From positions 4,526,001 through 4,590,000 of the forward strand of contig NC_043003.1 of assembly GCF_006345805.1 (NCBI RefSeq): a stretch of 64,000 bases of DNA, read 5' to 3'. This DNA comes from Octopus sinensis (lineage: Eukaryota). Shown one piece after another: positions 27,651-39,076 of this stretch; positions within the stretch are counted from its first letter, which is position 1; each line of letters starts with the position of its first letter. Below the pieces are notes generated by a model. That model worked only from the letters and a program-made list of their open reading frames with translations. It did no database searches and was not told the origin of the DNA. The position numbers were made by a program, and so were the translations under genes.

Positions 27651-27974
27651 AAAGACATATAATTTAATTAAATTAGAACAGATGGACACTGTATAATTAT
27701 ACTTAAAATCTCCAGCAAGTTAAGGAGATATATAAAGTAGATGCACTCTTACTCCGGTATAGAAATTACTAAATCTTTGTTGCTTATTTTGATTTTAATC
27801 AGCTTACTTTGAAATTGTAAGGATAATACCGTACTAAATTCTGGTGCCTCAACTTAAGTACCATATTCATCTGAATCTAAATTTTTGCTTATATATATAT
27901 AAAGCATATTACTCTACTTCTGGTATTTGAATACTCTTTTTTCCACCTTGTTTCACATTTATGTGCTTTCTCCG

Positions 27975-28029
<55 letters not shown>

Positions 28030-28205
28030 TTTATTTTATAGAAGGAGCTTCTACAGGACTAGAACTGTTTCATTCAAAAGAAATCATCAGGAAGCTAGGT
28101 GACAAGAATAGTTTTGGCATTTATACATTTAGGCACCTAGCTTGCTGATGATTTCTTTTGAATGAAACATTTCTAGTCCTGTAGAAGCTCCTTCTATAAA
28201 ATAAA
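28030..28205. repeat. Fold-back element: 72-bp arms (2 mismatches), 32-nt loop, each arm a hammerhead-like motif
   Basis: 28030-28101 is the reverse complement of 28134-28205; the left side abuts (TA)n. Confidence 0.95.
28046..28096 (-). ncRNA. Hammerhead-ribozyme-like motif, type I (mirror copy on + strand at 28139-28189)
   Basis: AGCTTC-CTGATGA-T-TTC-TTTT-GAA-T-GAAA-CAG-TTCTAGTC-CTG-TA-GAAGCT. Helix I 6 bp, stem III 4 bp, GUA triplet, U-U at the base of stem II. Confidence 0.65.
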
Positions 28206-28591
28206 TTAATTTACTCTGCTATGTATTGAGTACCTTATTTACTGTGGTTAACCCCGACTCAACCCGGGACCTACATATATATATATATATATATATATAT
28301 ACCATACTGACGTCTATGTTCATTTTGACTTGCCTATTCATCTGTTTTCATATGATATGCATAGCTGCATGTGTATGTAATGTATATAGAAGTATTGTGC
28401 GTAATTGTTTGAGTATGTGCGTGCGTATGTGAGTGTCAGGGTTATCGAAAGTGAATTTTTATCTCGTGTCTCGAGTTTCAGACTGTGTCACGAGATAAAA
28501 ATTCAGTTTCAATAAATGTATACTCTACATCTATTGAGCACTCCTTTTCCATGTATTTGACATGATTCAACTTACGCATACATACACACAC

Positions 28592-28658
<67 letters not shown>

Positions 28659-28659
28659 G

Positions 28660-28934
28660 TATATTTATATATATGTATTTGCATATATATAGGTGTGTGT
28701 CTTATTTTAAATATATACATACACATACGCATCTATATATGCGTGTATATAGGCATACATATGTGTGCGTATATATTTGTATGTATATATATACAATACG
28801 TATATATGAAGAGTTTGATAGGATGGAGAGATTAAGTAAGCCATAATGGGAGCCAGTTAGTAGAAGGTGGGGGGAGAATGGTGTTAATGAAGCTGTCTCC
28901 TGTATGCACTTGATAGCAACATGGTGTTTGGAAC
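28660..28934. repeat. Right arm of the local inverted duplication
   Basis: Reverse complement of 27077-27370. Confidence 0.85.
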
Positions 28935-29085
28935 AACGTTTTAAAATTCGCCACGCAAATAATGAAACTGTATTAACGTAGATGAACGAATAACAATTTT
29001 TGAGGTGATTGCTTATTCTCTAGAATAAATGCATAGAGAAAGTGATTGATTCTAAAATATCTGTCAAAGGAACAGACAATGATAC

Positions 29086-29180
29086 CCAATTCTTAATAGA
29101 ATACAGTCCAGGGAGGTCACCATTCTCAGACATCTCAGTTATTCTTAGGCACTTTAGCCACGAATATGCCGATTCTAAAT
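29086..29180 (-). CDS. Candidate exon of the minus-strand gene (LESAYSWLKCLRITEMSENGDLPGLYSIKNW)
   Basis: AG acceptor with a modest pyrimidine tract, donor TGG|GTATCA, open frame within ORF 29020-29229. Phase 1 start is compatible with the exon at 30138-30215. Confidence 0.3.
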
Positions 29181-29344
29181 CTGCTTTATAAGTGATATGA
29201 CACAAAACATACCAGGAAAAACATTCCATTAAAATTCACAAAAATAATTGGCGCAATTGTTTAAAAAAAAAAAGAAAAATCTCTAATTAATGATACATTT
29301 AAAAAAGTATAATTTAATCATTGAGTTGGTACTTAATTTATTCA

Positions 29345-29420
<76 letters not shown>

Positions 29421-29867
29421 CAATAATATTAATACGCTAACTTTTAGTTTTTGTTCGCATGTACTAGTGGTGTGTGTCACATTTCAAAGGAAGAAGTGGC
29501 AAAGCGGGAGAGAGGAGAGGACAGAGAGGAAGTGAGAGAAAGAGAGAGAAAGAGTGAGAGCGACAGTGAGCGGTAACAACATACGTTTTGTGTCTTAAAA
29601 TATTTATCAGAATCTTCAGAGTATACTGATACATAGATCACAAGAAAAGTAGATACATAGATACATACACACATTGATAAATTAAAAGCGGAGAGAGGAG
29701 GGACACAGAGGTTGTGAGAGAGAAAGTGAGAGACGGTAGATTCATAGATCGGAAGAAAAGTTGATACATAAACACATAGACATATTGTTAAATCAAAAAC
29801 AAATAACTACAACAAATATTAGATGTCACTTTCACTTTTCATTACCACTCGAGGATAAACTTAACTC

Positions 29868-30635
29868 CTATGTGGCTGAGTACTCCACAGACATGCATAC
29901 CATTAACGTAGTTCTCAGGGAGATTCAGCTTCACACAGAATATGACAAGGCTGGCACCTTTCAATTACAACAACAACTAATCTTCGCCAGTCGAGTGGAC
30001 TGGAGCAAAATAAACTTTCAAGTGGTTGGAAGAAGAAAAAAGGAAAATATCCTATAAAGGGGCAGGGAAATCTATTTAGTCATTACGGTCACTATGGATG
30101 TTCATCCGGTCCTAACAGCAGCATTTGTGGGTCTCACATATGTGGAGCCAAGTCCCCAGGTAAACACCGATCTGCAGTCTGTTGTTAGACTGAGCGTGAG
30201 TCAAGGACGAAGTCACTACAAGACGGAATAGCAATTATTTCGTCTTAGCTACCACTGCTTATACTAAACACATGACACTTTTGCCCCACGATATGGAACA
30301 TTTCCTTTTCTTTCACGCTATCAAAATAAATAGCACTTCCTGCTTATCTGATCAATGGAACAGACTGCTTTTAAAATATAACGTGCAAGTGGCTGAGTAC
30401 TCCGCAGACATGCATACCATAACGTAGTTCTCAGGGAGATTCGGCCTCACACAGAATATAACAAGGCTGGTCCCTTTGAATTACAGCTACAACTCATTTT
30501 TGCCAGCCGAGTGCACCGCAGCAAGGTGAGGTAGAGTAGCTTGCTCAAGAACACAGCCTGCAGCCGGGAATCGTACTCATGACTTTATGATCGTGGGCCG
30601 AATACTCCTAAGCACTGAGCCATTCACCTTCACTC
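29868..30635 (-). mobile_element. Two SINE family 4 copies (29868-30020 partial; 30345-30635 near full)
   Basis: Shared GTGGCTGAGTACTCC(A/G)CAGACATGCATACCAT(T/A)AACGTAGTTCTCAGGGAGATTC; tRNA-like head on the minus strand at about 30570-30635. Confidence 0.8.
30138..30215 (-). CDS. Candidate symmetric phase-1 exon (VTSSLTHAQSNNRLQIGVYLGTWLHI)
   Basis: Acceptor TGCTATTCCGTCTTGTAG, donor AT|GTGAGA, 78 nt, only the phase-1 frame is open; lies in unique DNA between two SINEs. Confidence 0.35.
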
Positions 30636-31202
30636 TCTTAGCTGTAGAGAAAAGGAATGAAGCGAAAAAGACGAAAAAGGGAATTTAAAATGACAATTAG
30701 ACTGAAATACGATCTTTGCCAGCTTCTTTACTTTTAACAATGAAGAACAAGAAAAGACATTTCGTAATGAGTAGAGAGAAAGTCTCTCAGGTGTTCACGT
30801 TTTTATTCTGGCAGTTCTAAAAGAGTGTTAGTTCTCTCTTCTTTCCCCCATGCCCGGTACTTATTCGCCTTCTTTCATAGTTCTTCATGTCTTTTAGTTA
30901 GGGAAAAGACCATGTTATTTTTTCAGGCACATTTAACGTTTCCTCTACAAACTACAAACAAGCCTACTTTCCTCCCTTCCTATTTTTTTTTCATACAAAA
31001 ACTAATGCAAATTTCGAACGGAGTATAACTGTGAAAAAGAGCCCAGAAAACTGGGTAATGCCCCTACAAAGTGTGTGGGAGGTAAAAGTTGCCAACAGGT
31101 GGCTATACGAAATTCAACTCTGTACTTTAAAGAGTGTCTTCTAGCCTCATGAGTGGATTTGGTAGACGGAAACTGAAAGAAGCTCGTCATTTATATATAT
31201 AT

Positions 31203-33247
31203 ATATATATATATATAGATAAGAAAGTTTGTTTGGTAAAGCACGTGGGTGAATATATAAGAAAATAGTAAAGTGTGAAAAAACGACAGAAGGCTTAAAT
31301 GTTAAAAAATATATATATTTGTGTCAAAATGTCTGGAGAATATTGGAAAAATTTTTTTCCTTTCCTTAAAATGACATAATTTTAAAATTTTTAAAGAAAT
31401 TACCGGTTTCGCGTGTAGCTTTTCAAATTTCTTGTGACGTTATGTTTATATTGTATGGAATTATCGTTGTTTTTATTTCCAGGAGATTTCTAATAAGGGG
31501 AGGTAGTGAGTGATTTTTTCCGGTGTAGGGGAGATAATCGCTTAAAAAATTTTTTTTCCCATTTCCTTGTTAATTTCTCTGTGTCAGTATGTTCGGATGG
31601 TTGAGTCTGGGTTTGTACTTTTCAATGAAGAATGTTTCCTTGTTCAGTCTCATTTGTGTTGATGATCCGAAAGCACATTGGTAAAATGGGAAGATTAAAA
31701 ATTGTGGCAGTAGTTGCTTTGCGCATTTCTCGATGTGCTCACTAAAAGGTATCATTCTATATTCTGGGAATGCAATCTGTTGTCGATGCAGTGTGCATCT
31801 GCGCCTGAGTGATAGTCCCGTGGAACCCACGTAGTCTTGGTGGCAGCCCGAGCATTTAATAACATAAATTATGTTTTCAGAGGCACAAGTAAAGTTAGAT
31901 TTGATCTAAATTCTGTCCCTCTTTAAAGAAGAATTCTGATCCTTCCAATAGGTTAGGACATGTTGCACAGTTCGATCTACCACATTTTTTAACTTTTGCA
32001 TCCGTATTTTAGAAGACAATTTTGCCTTTGTGAGAATCTTTTTAAGTGATTTAGGCTGTTTGTAGCTTTTAATGATTTGGTGTATGTTTAGAATTTCCTT
32101 TAATTTTGGGTTTTTATGAAGTACAATTTTTGTGTACAATTTACAGATGTTTACATTTTTTGTGTACCAGGAACTTTAGACTGCAAGAACTCAAAAACAC
32201 CCTAATTGACAGACATTACCCAGCTCAACTCATAGAGGATGGGATCAGACGTGCAACAGAAATCAACATAGAAACTTTAAGAAAAGTTCAACCAAACACA
32301 CACCTTCCCCGAAAATACTACCTTACATATCTACATACAACCCCAGAAACAAAGAAGCCTTCACCATCAACACCCAAATTTACCAATACTTCATAAAAAC
32401 CCAAAATTAAAGGAAATTCTAAACATACACCAAATCATTAAAAGCTACAAACAGCCTAAAGCACTTAAAAAGATTCTCACAAAGGCAAAATTGTCTTCTA
32501 AAATTACGGATGCAAAAGTTAAAAAATGTGGTAGATCGAACTGTGCAACATGTCCTAACCTATTGGAAGATCAGAATTCTTCTTTAAAGAGGGACAGAAA
32601 TTTAAGATCAAATCTAACTTTACTTGTGCCTCTGAAAACATATTTATGTTATTAAATGCTCGGGCTGCCACCAAGACTACGTGGGTTCCACGGGACTATC
32701 ACTCAGCGCAGATGCACACTGCATCGACAACAGATTGCATTCCCAGAATATAGAATGATACCTTTTAGTGAGCACATCGAGAAATGCGCAAAGCAACTAC
32801 TGCCACAATTTTTAATCTTCCCATTTTACCAATGTGCTTTCGGATCATCAACACAAATGAGACTGAACAAGGAAACATTCTTCATTGAAAAGTACAAACC
32901 CAGACTCAACCATCCGAACATACTGACACAGAGAAATTAACAAGGAAATGGAAAAAAAATTTTTTAAGCGATTATCTCCCCTACACCGGAAAAAATCACT
33001 CACTACCTCCCCTTATTTAGAAATCTCCTGGAATAAAAACAACGATAATTCCATACAATATAAACATAACGTCACAAGAAATTTGAAAAGCTACACGCGA
33101 ACCGGTAATTCTTTAAAAATTTTAAAATTATGTCATTTTAAGGAAAGGAAAAAATTTTTCCAATATTCTCCAGACATTTTGACACAAATATATATATTTT
33201 TTAACATTTAAGCCTTCTGTCGTTTTTTCACACTTTACTATTTCTTA

Positions 33248-33249
<2 letters not shown>
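31203..33249. mobile_element. Penelope-like retroelement with an inverted duplicated 3' end (arms about 31256-32123 and 32387-33249)
   Basis: RT C-terminus (RLQELKNTLIDRHYPAQLIEDGIRRA), then C-x4-C-x2-C (KKCGRSNCATC) and GIY-YIG-like YVIKCSGCHQDYVG..RRRCTLHRQQI..ETFFIEKYKPRLN. Present on + (32166-32940) and, for the endonuclease part, on - (31570-32123); (TA)n at both ends. Confidence 0.9.
31394..31433 (-). ncRNA. Minimal hammerhead ribozyme with a U3-A8 core variant, in the PLE terminal repeat
   Basis: AAGAAAT-TTGAAAA-GC-TACAC-GC-GAAA-C-CG-GTA-ATTTCTT. 7-bp helix I, palindromic stem III ACCGGT, GUA triplet. The sister copy at 33076-33113 has two 1-nt homopolymer deletions. Confidence 0.7.
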
Positions 33250-33343
<94 letters not shown>

Positions 33344-33477
33344 GGCATTTCCCCCCCTCTATATTTGAAGAGGTCTAGGCCAGCGTATTTGGGATCTGAG
33401 ACACGCGGTAAGGGTAAACAACCTTATGAGCGAGGAACCCAGGGTAACCCCTAAAACCGGGCCTTCCCCATTATAAT

Positions 33478-33511
<34 letters not shown>

Positions 33512-33529
33512 GTGTGTGTGTGGTGTGTG

Positions 33530-33750
33530 TGTGTGTGTGTGCGTGTTTATGTGCGTGTGTTTGTGTCTGTCCCCCCGAAAACATCGCTTTATAACCGATG
33601 TTGGTGCGTTTGCTACCCCGTAACTTAACTGTTCGGCAGAAGAGAATGATAGAATAAGCATGAGGCTTGCAGGAAATAAGTCTAAGGGTCAATTTCTTCG
33701 ATTGAAGGTCGGCACTCCAGCATGGCCACCGTCAAATGACCAAAACAAAT
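33530..33750 (+). mobile_element. SINE family 2, 3' half
   Basis: TGTGTCTGTCCCCCC..AACCGATGTTGGTG..GTTCGGCAG..CACTCCAGCATGGCCACCGTCAAATGACC. Confidence 0.75.
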
Positions 33751-33929
33751 TCTGTTTATGTTTGCGTAACTGAGATATTTAGGTTGGATTATACATAGTT
33801 ATCGATTTTACATTTCTTTCTATATTGTGTAACTGCCACAATATAGAAACACTTCTCATGGCACCAACACACAATTTACAGATGTTTACATTTTTTGTGT
33901 TTTCCGTGAAGTTTTCATGGGTCCCGCTA

Positions 33930-34512
33930 GTTATTATTATTACTATTACTATTATTATTGAGTGAGAGAGCAGTGCATGCCATCAAAGTGACACTGGGGT
34001 AAAATATACGAAGCCCAGTATACCCATCATGACTACTATCTGATAAAGGTACACTAGGCACATGCATCACAACCATATGTACGCGACATAGTGATCTCAT
34101 ATCAAGATAAACAGCGCATGTCTTTGCAGGTGAAGCCCAGTTAGAATTTTCTTCTGATCGAGTAACCCATCCCACTCAAAAGGTTCCTGAATAAGGATTG
34201 TTTAAGGATGTTGAACGAAACACCCATGTTTCCAGAGGTGAATTATCCAAATCTCTAAGAATTTCTTTCAACACACGGCTATGATGCTCCCCCACTACTT
34301 CTGCTCGTGATCACAGATGCACATATCGTCAGCCACTAAGGGACGTGCTCAACTGGTTAAGGTCAAACAACTAACAAGCAAATCTGTGGTATTGAGCAGA
34401 ATATTTGCTGTAGCCCATCTTTTATACCAAGACAAAACAATGGACATGATAATACTTCTAATCAGTTAAGATCGGAAGCCACGAGAACCACTGTCTGGTA
34501 CTGCATCAGGCC
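33930..34512 (-). mobile_element. Non-coding retroposon-like repeat with a (TAA)n tail, embedded in a (TAA)n tract
   Basis: Minus strand ends GCACTGCTCTCTCACTCAATAATAAT, with TTA/TAA tracts on both flanks. I recognise it as an abundant repeat, but there is no second copy in the window to confirm. Confidence 0.4.
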
Positions 34513-34920
34513 ATCTATTAAAATTATCATTATTATTATTGTTGTTGTTTTATTTCTCAGAGCTCGGTCTTGTTTGCTCTGGTCGATCCTGTGAAAGCGA
34601 ACCGCCGCCTGATGTCACACAGGGTCTCACAGGGTCTCCTTCTGCACATTATATGCTTTGATACTTCATCGTAAGTTAGAAAATCACGTATTAATTGAAC
34701 AAGGGAAACCAGTAAGAAAGATGTCGAGAATTGAATGCTGGATATATGGACATTAATTTTGTTTGATAAAGTTTTAGCACAGAAATTTCAGCGCATTTGG
34801 TTGTATATCTTTAATAAATCTTGACTCTTAGAATTTCTATCCCTTTTCAGTATGTGTATGAAATACGCACATATACACACCAACATATGTATACGCACAC
34901 ACGCGTACGCATATGCATAT

Positions 34921-34960
<40 letters not shown>

Positions 34961-36011
34961 ATTGTGTATATAATATATATATGTATATATCATATGCGTG
35001 TATTATATGTATATATATATTATAGGTATATAATATATATATATATATATTATATGCGTGTATGATGTATATATATATATATACATATATTATATAAATA
35101 TGATACATACAATACATACAAACACATACACGCACACATAATTATACGTACACATATATAAATAAATTTCCATATGCGTGTGTTAGAATATGTACAAATA
35201 TTTATTGTCATAGATATTCAATATGTATACGAAAGATTACATGTGCGTATATGAACATCTTTCTTATGTGTATGCAAATTTGATTTAAGATATACGTGCG
35301 TTGGCATATATGTGACCGCATATGCGCGAGTTCGTGTTTTAAACATAGATAGATATATACATACAAATACACTCACACACACACACACACATATAGATAC
35401 ATATGTATGTATGTATGCATATATATATATATTATATATATACACATATATATTTAAATATATATATATACATGCATATATATATATATATATATATGTA
35501 TATATCTATATATATATATACATATATATTTAAATATATATACATATGCATATGCATATATATATATATAATATATATTATATATATATATATATATATA
35601 CACATATATATTTAAATATATACATATGCATATATATATATATACATATAACTATATATATACACATATATATATATACACACATATATATATATATGTG
35701 TGTGTGTTTTGCATAGATTCATATATATGTGTGTCTACGTGCGTGCACACGAGTAGGGTTTTGCTGGTGAATATATGAAGACAATGAAAAGATCGCGTCT
35801 GACTTAAATTAGTTTTAAAAGCTTCAACATTCTCCTCGGTTAGTAAACTCAGGGATATTAAGTCCTGCTTTATCTTTTATAAATCATCAACCCTGCTGAG
35901 TTCAGCCCCTTTGTTCTGCTTTCAATAACTGGTTTAGCTATCAAGATATGCATGTGATAGGAAACTGAACCGAGCAAAGCAAGTGATATGCGCATATACA
36001 TGCATATATAT

Positions 36012-36093
<82 letters not shown>

Positions 36094-36554
36094 TGTTGAA
36101 GCTGCTTGCATTGTGTGCACCGAAATGTGCACATAAACTACATTAGCTTCACGCTGTTGAATGCGAGTTTATCTGTTGGGGTTTACAGAGGTGGTGGGTA
36201 ACTGTTCGCTAGTAAAAGTGGGACAATGGAAGATGTTGTGTTTATTGGGAGACTACAGCAGCAACAGTAACAGCAACAACAGCAGCAGCAGACATTAAAG
36301 CCGAGAATAATGTGCCAAGAAGTTAATGACAAACATGGGATTCATTATAATGTCAGGAATCTTAAATAGAAACTTCCTTCTGTCTTCTGCATGACAACTT
36401 TTCAAGAGTTAGGGAAATTTCTTTCCCTTCGCCCAATATGTTTCCGGTCAAAAGCAATCGTCTTTCTCTTGAAATCACTTATTATAATATGTTATTGAAA
36501 TATATGAGATTTTCTGCGAAAATTCCTTTTACCTCTACCACAATAATTCCGTGG

Positions 36555-36922
36555 GACCATTGAGGCGGCTGGATGGAACCTACACTCGCCTCCTTATGAG
36601 AGCTCAAATTCTCTCGTGCAAGCTTCATCCAACCAAAGTACAAATATATGGGAAGTTACCACCTGTATCATCTCTTGTGAAAGGTAGAAGAGTCCAGTTT
36701 GCTGGACATTGTTGTAGAGCTGAAAACGAGGTAATTTCTACACTTCTCCTCTGGAAGCCATCTGCTCGCGGTACCAAAGTGCGCACACTCTCCTAACCTG
36801 ATGTAATCTCCAGGGATACAGGCATCCAACAACAGGACCTCCGTAATGCTATGATGGACCGTAAAGTCTGGTGTAACATAGTAAATTCCATTGTCTCGAC
36901 CACGGTCGAACAACGATGATGA
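36555..36922 (+). mobile_element. RTE-clade LINE 3' fragment
   Basis: LDGTYTRLLMRAQ...GRRVQFAGHCCRAENEVISTLLLWKP...QDLRNAMMDRKVW, ending in (GAT)n; one in-frame stop. Confidence 0.85.
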
Positions 36923-37168
36923 TCTCCGGTTTCATTAGCAGTAAGCAGGTGAAAAGCATTCGGTGTTTACTTGCTTCTGGTGACTTTCAAAGAAGCAGAT
37001 AAACGTATTTAGAAATTCTTTTCGACTAGCACTGATATATTTCTGTGTTTTTTAACACTATGCGTTTAGAAGAGGTGCTATCTCGATACGAATACCGCAG
37101 TTTGCAGGTTGTCTAGAGCATATCTACGTAAAGTATGATACATTAAATTACATACACACACACTTACA

Positions 37169-37213
<45 letters not shown>

Positions 37214-37491
37214 ATTCCAAACATGAACAAGCTAGAGAAAACAAGGACGTGGAATAAGTACAGCTCATGAAAGGAAAGAAAAGAAAGAGGATTTCATGTT
37301 TCGAGCGGAGCTCTTCATCAGAAATATAGAAAAAGTCCAAAGAAGGGACATATAAATATGTATGTATATATAAATATATATGGAATGCTCATGATACCAT
37401 GATAACATATAAGCGTGTTGGCGTGTTTTAGTTATTTTAAACCTGGCAGATTCTATTGCCGTTCACGGAGGAACGCAAAGATTTCTTTTAC

Positions 37492-37592
37492 CTTTTGCAC
37501 ATTGTAGGTGCATTATGTCACTATATGAGTTTCCTCCCCTGTAGTAACTGGGCAGTAGCAGGGTAAACAGTTTCTTGACATAATGCAGTGTG
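37492..37592 (-). CDS. Candidate exon (TLHYVKKLFTLLLPSYYRGGNSYSDIMHLQCAK)
   Basis: Strong acceptor TTATTCCCCATCTCTTACCCTTTAG, donor AAG|GTAAAA, one open frame (phase 2 to 1). The link to the upstream exon is not established. Confidence 0.35.
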
Positions 37593-37624
37593 CTAAAGGG
37601 TAAGAGATGGGGAATAATCAGCCT

Positions 37625-38190
37625 CGGTACTTAACTCGTACTTTATTGATTCGGAAAGATAAAAGTAAATTCGACTTCAATGGGACTTGAACTCAGAACA
37701 TAGTGTGCAGGACCAAATACTATCAAGCATTTTGTCCGACGCACTAACGATTCTGTTAATTCATCTAAACACACCAACGTAATTTAAAATATTTATCTAT
37801 ATCGAAGGACTCTTTAGACTATGAACTACGTAGAAACCTATAAACAACTGATTTGGATGGTCATGATTGGCTGGTCTTTGCTCAAATCGTTAAGCAATAA
37901 CAAAAGGCCTGCTATTTAAACGCTGGCGAGGTTTGATCCCAGGAACAAGAGGCAATCTACTAAAATGCATAGAAGTATTTCGTTTCTTTTAAGGCAGTGA
38001 GCTGGTGGAATTGAAACCGCGTCAGACATAATGCTTAGCGACATTTCCTCCGACTTTACGCCGAGTTCAAATTCCGCTGGGGTCGACGCTGCCTTTCATC
38101 CTTTCGGGGGCGATCAAATAAGTACCAGTTGAGTCCTGGGGTTCATTTAAATTAACTACCCCACCCCTAAACTTGTTGGTCTTGTGCCAA
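37625..38190. mobile_element. Two degraded SINE family 1 copies in opposite orientation (37625-37760 minus; 37995-38190 plus)
   Basis: Diagnostic central domain and tRNA-like head in each. Confidence 0.7.
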
Positions 38191-38279
38191 AATTTGAAAC
38201 CTTCACTTTCGTCTGTCTGCAACAACTAAAATATATCTTTATTTATAACTATTTTCTCTTACCCCTCCTACTGCCTTTT

Positions 38280-38760
38280 CTTCTTCTTTTCCTCCTCCTA
38301 CTCATTTTTCTTCTATTTCCCCCTTCCTCCTCCTCCTCCTTCTCTTCCTTCTTCGTTGTCTGCAAATTCAAGAATTCATGCTGTCGTCTTGTTAGTCGTA
38401 GAATCTTTATTGCAATAAAGCAACCCATAATATGATTACTTAAACATTTTAAACATCCACGACTTTCGTCCGCTTCTTTAATTAAATGACTTAATATCAT
38501 CGACATGTTCCTTGTTAACCTACTGTCACCTGATCTCTTATTTCCTCCTCCCCTCCTCCTCCTCCTCCTCTTTCTTCTTCTTCTTCTTCTACATTTTCTT
38601 CTTCTTCTTCTTCTTCTTCTTCTTCTTCTTCTACATTTTCTTCTTCTTCTCCTTCTTCTACATTTTCTTCTTCTTCTTCTTCTTCCTCCACATTTTCTTC
38701 TTCTTCCCCCTCCTCCTCCTTCTTTCTCCTCCTCCTCTTCTTCCCCTCCTCCTAGCATTC
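38280..38760. repeat. (CTT)n/(CCT)n compound microsatellite
   Basis: Seen directly; explains the poly-Arg, poly-Leu and poly-Phe ORFs. Confidence 0.95.
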
Positions 38761-39076
38761 CTAATGGTAATGGAAGTGAGATCCGATCGCAACGTTGCTG
38801 TATCTCATTATTGTTCCAGCAATGCTATTTTCAATGACTTTGATGTTGCTACTACTGCCCCCTGTTGTTGTTATTGTTGCTGCTGTAGTTTAGCCCCAGC
38901 AGACCTATGATCAGAAAATTTCAAACTGGAAAATACCGACTTTTGTACAGGCATTGTGTATCTAGTGCTACATCAACTAATGTGTCATTCTTTCTTGTTG
39001 TTTAAGCCTGGATCAGCTCTGATCCAGTCGACTCATTTCCAATGTCTGCTCTCGGCAAAGAAGACACCTAAAACTA

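Noticed and set aside
33340-33470. GC-richer island with TTCCTCG resembling an HDV-like ribozyme loop
   Set aside because: I could not find a matching P1 or P2 pairing by eye.
37290-37326. CTGATGAAGAGCTCCGCTCGAAAC hammerhead-like core (minus strand)
   Set aside because: No NUH triplet paired to A15.1 (it reads GAAACATGA); treated as a decayed PLE remnant.
38249-38910. Protamine-like poly-Arg ORF
   Set aside because: Antisense reading of a (CTT)n microsatellite.
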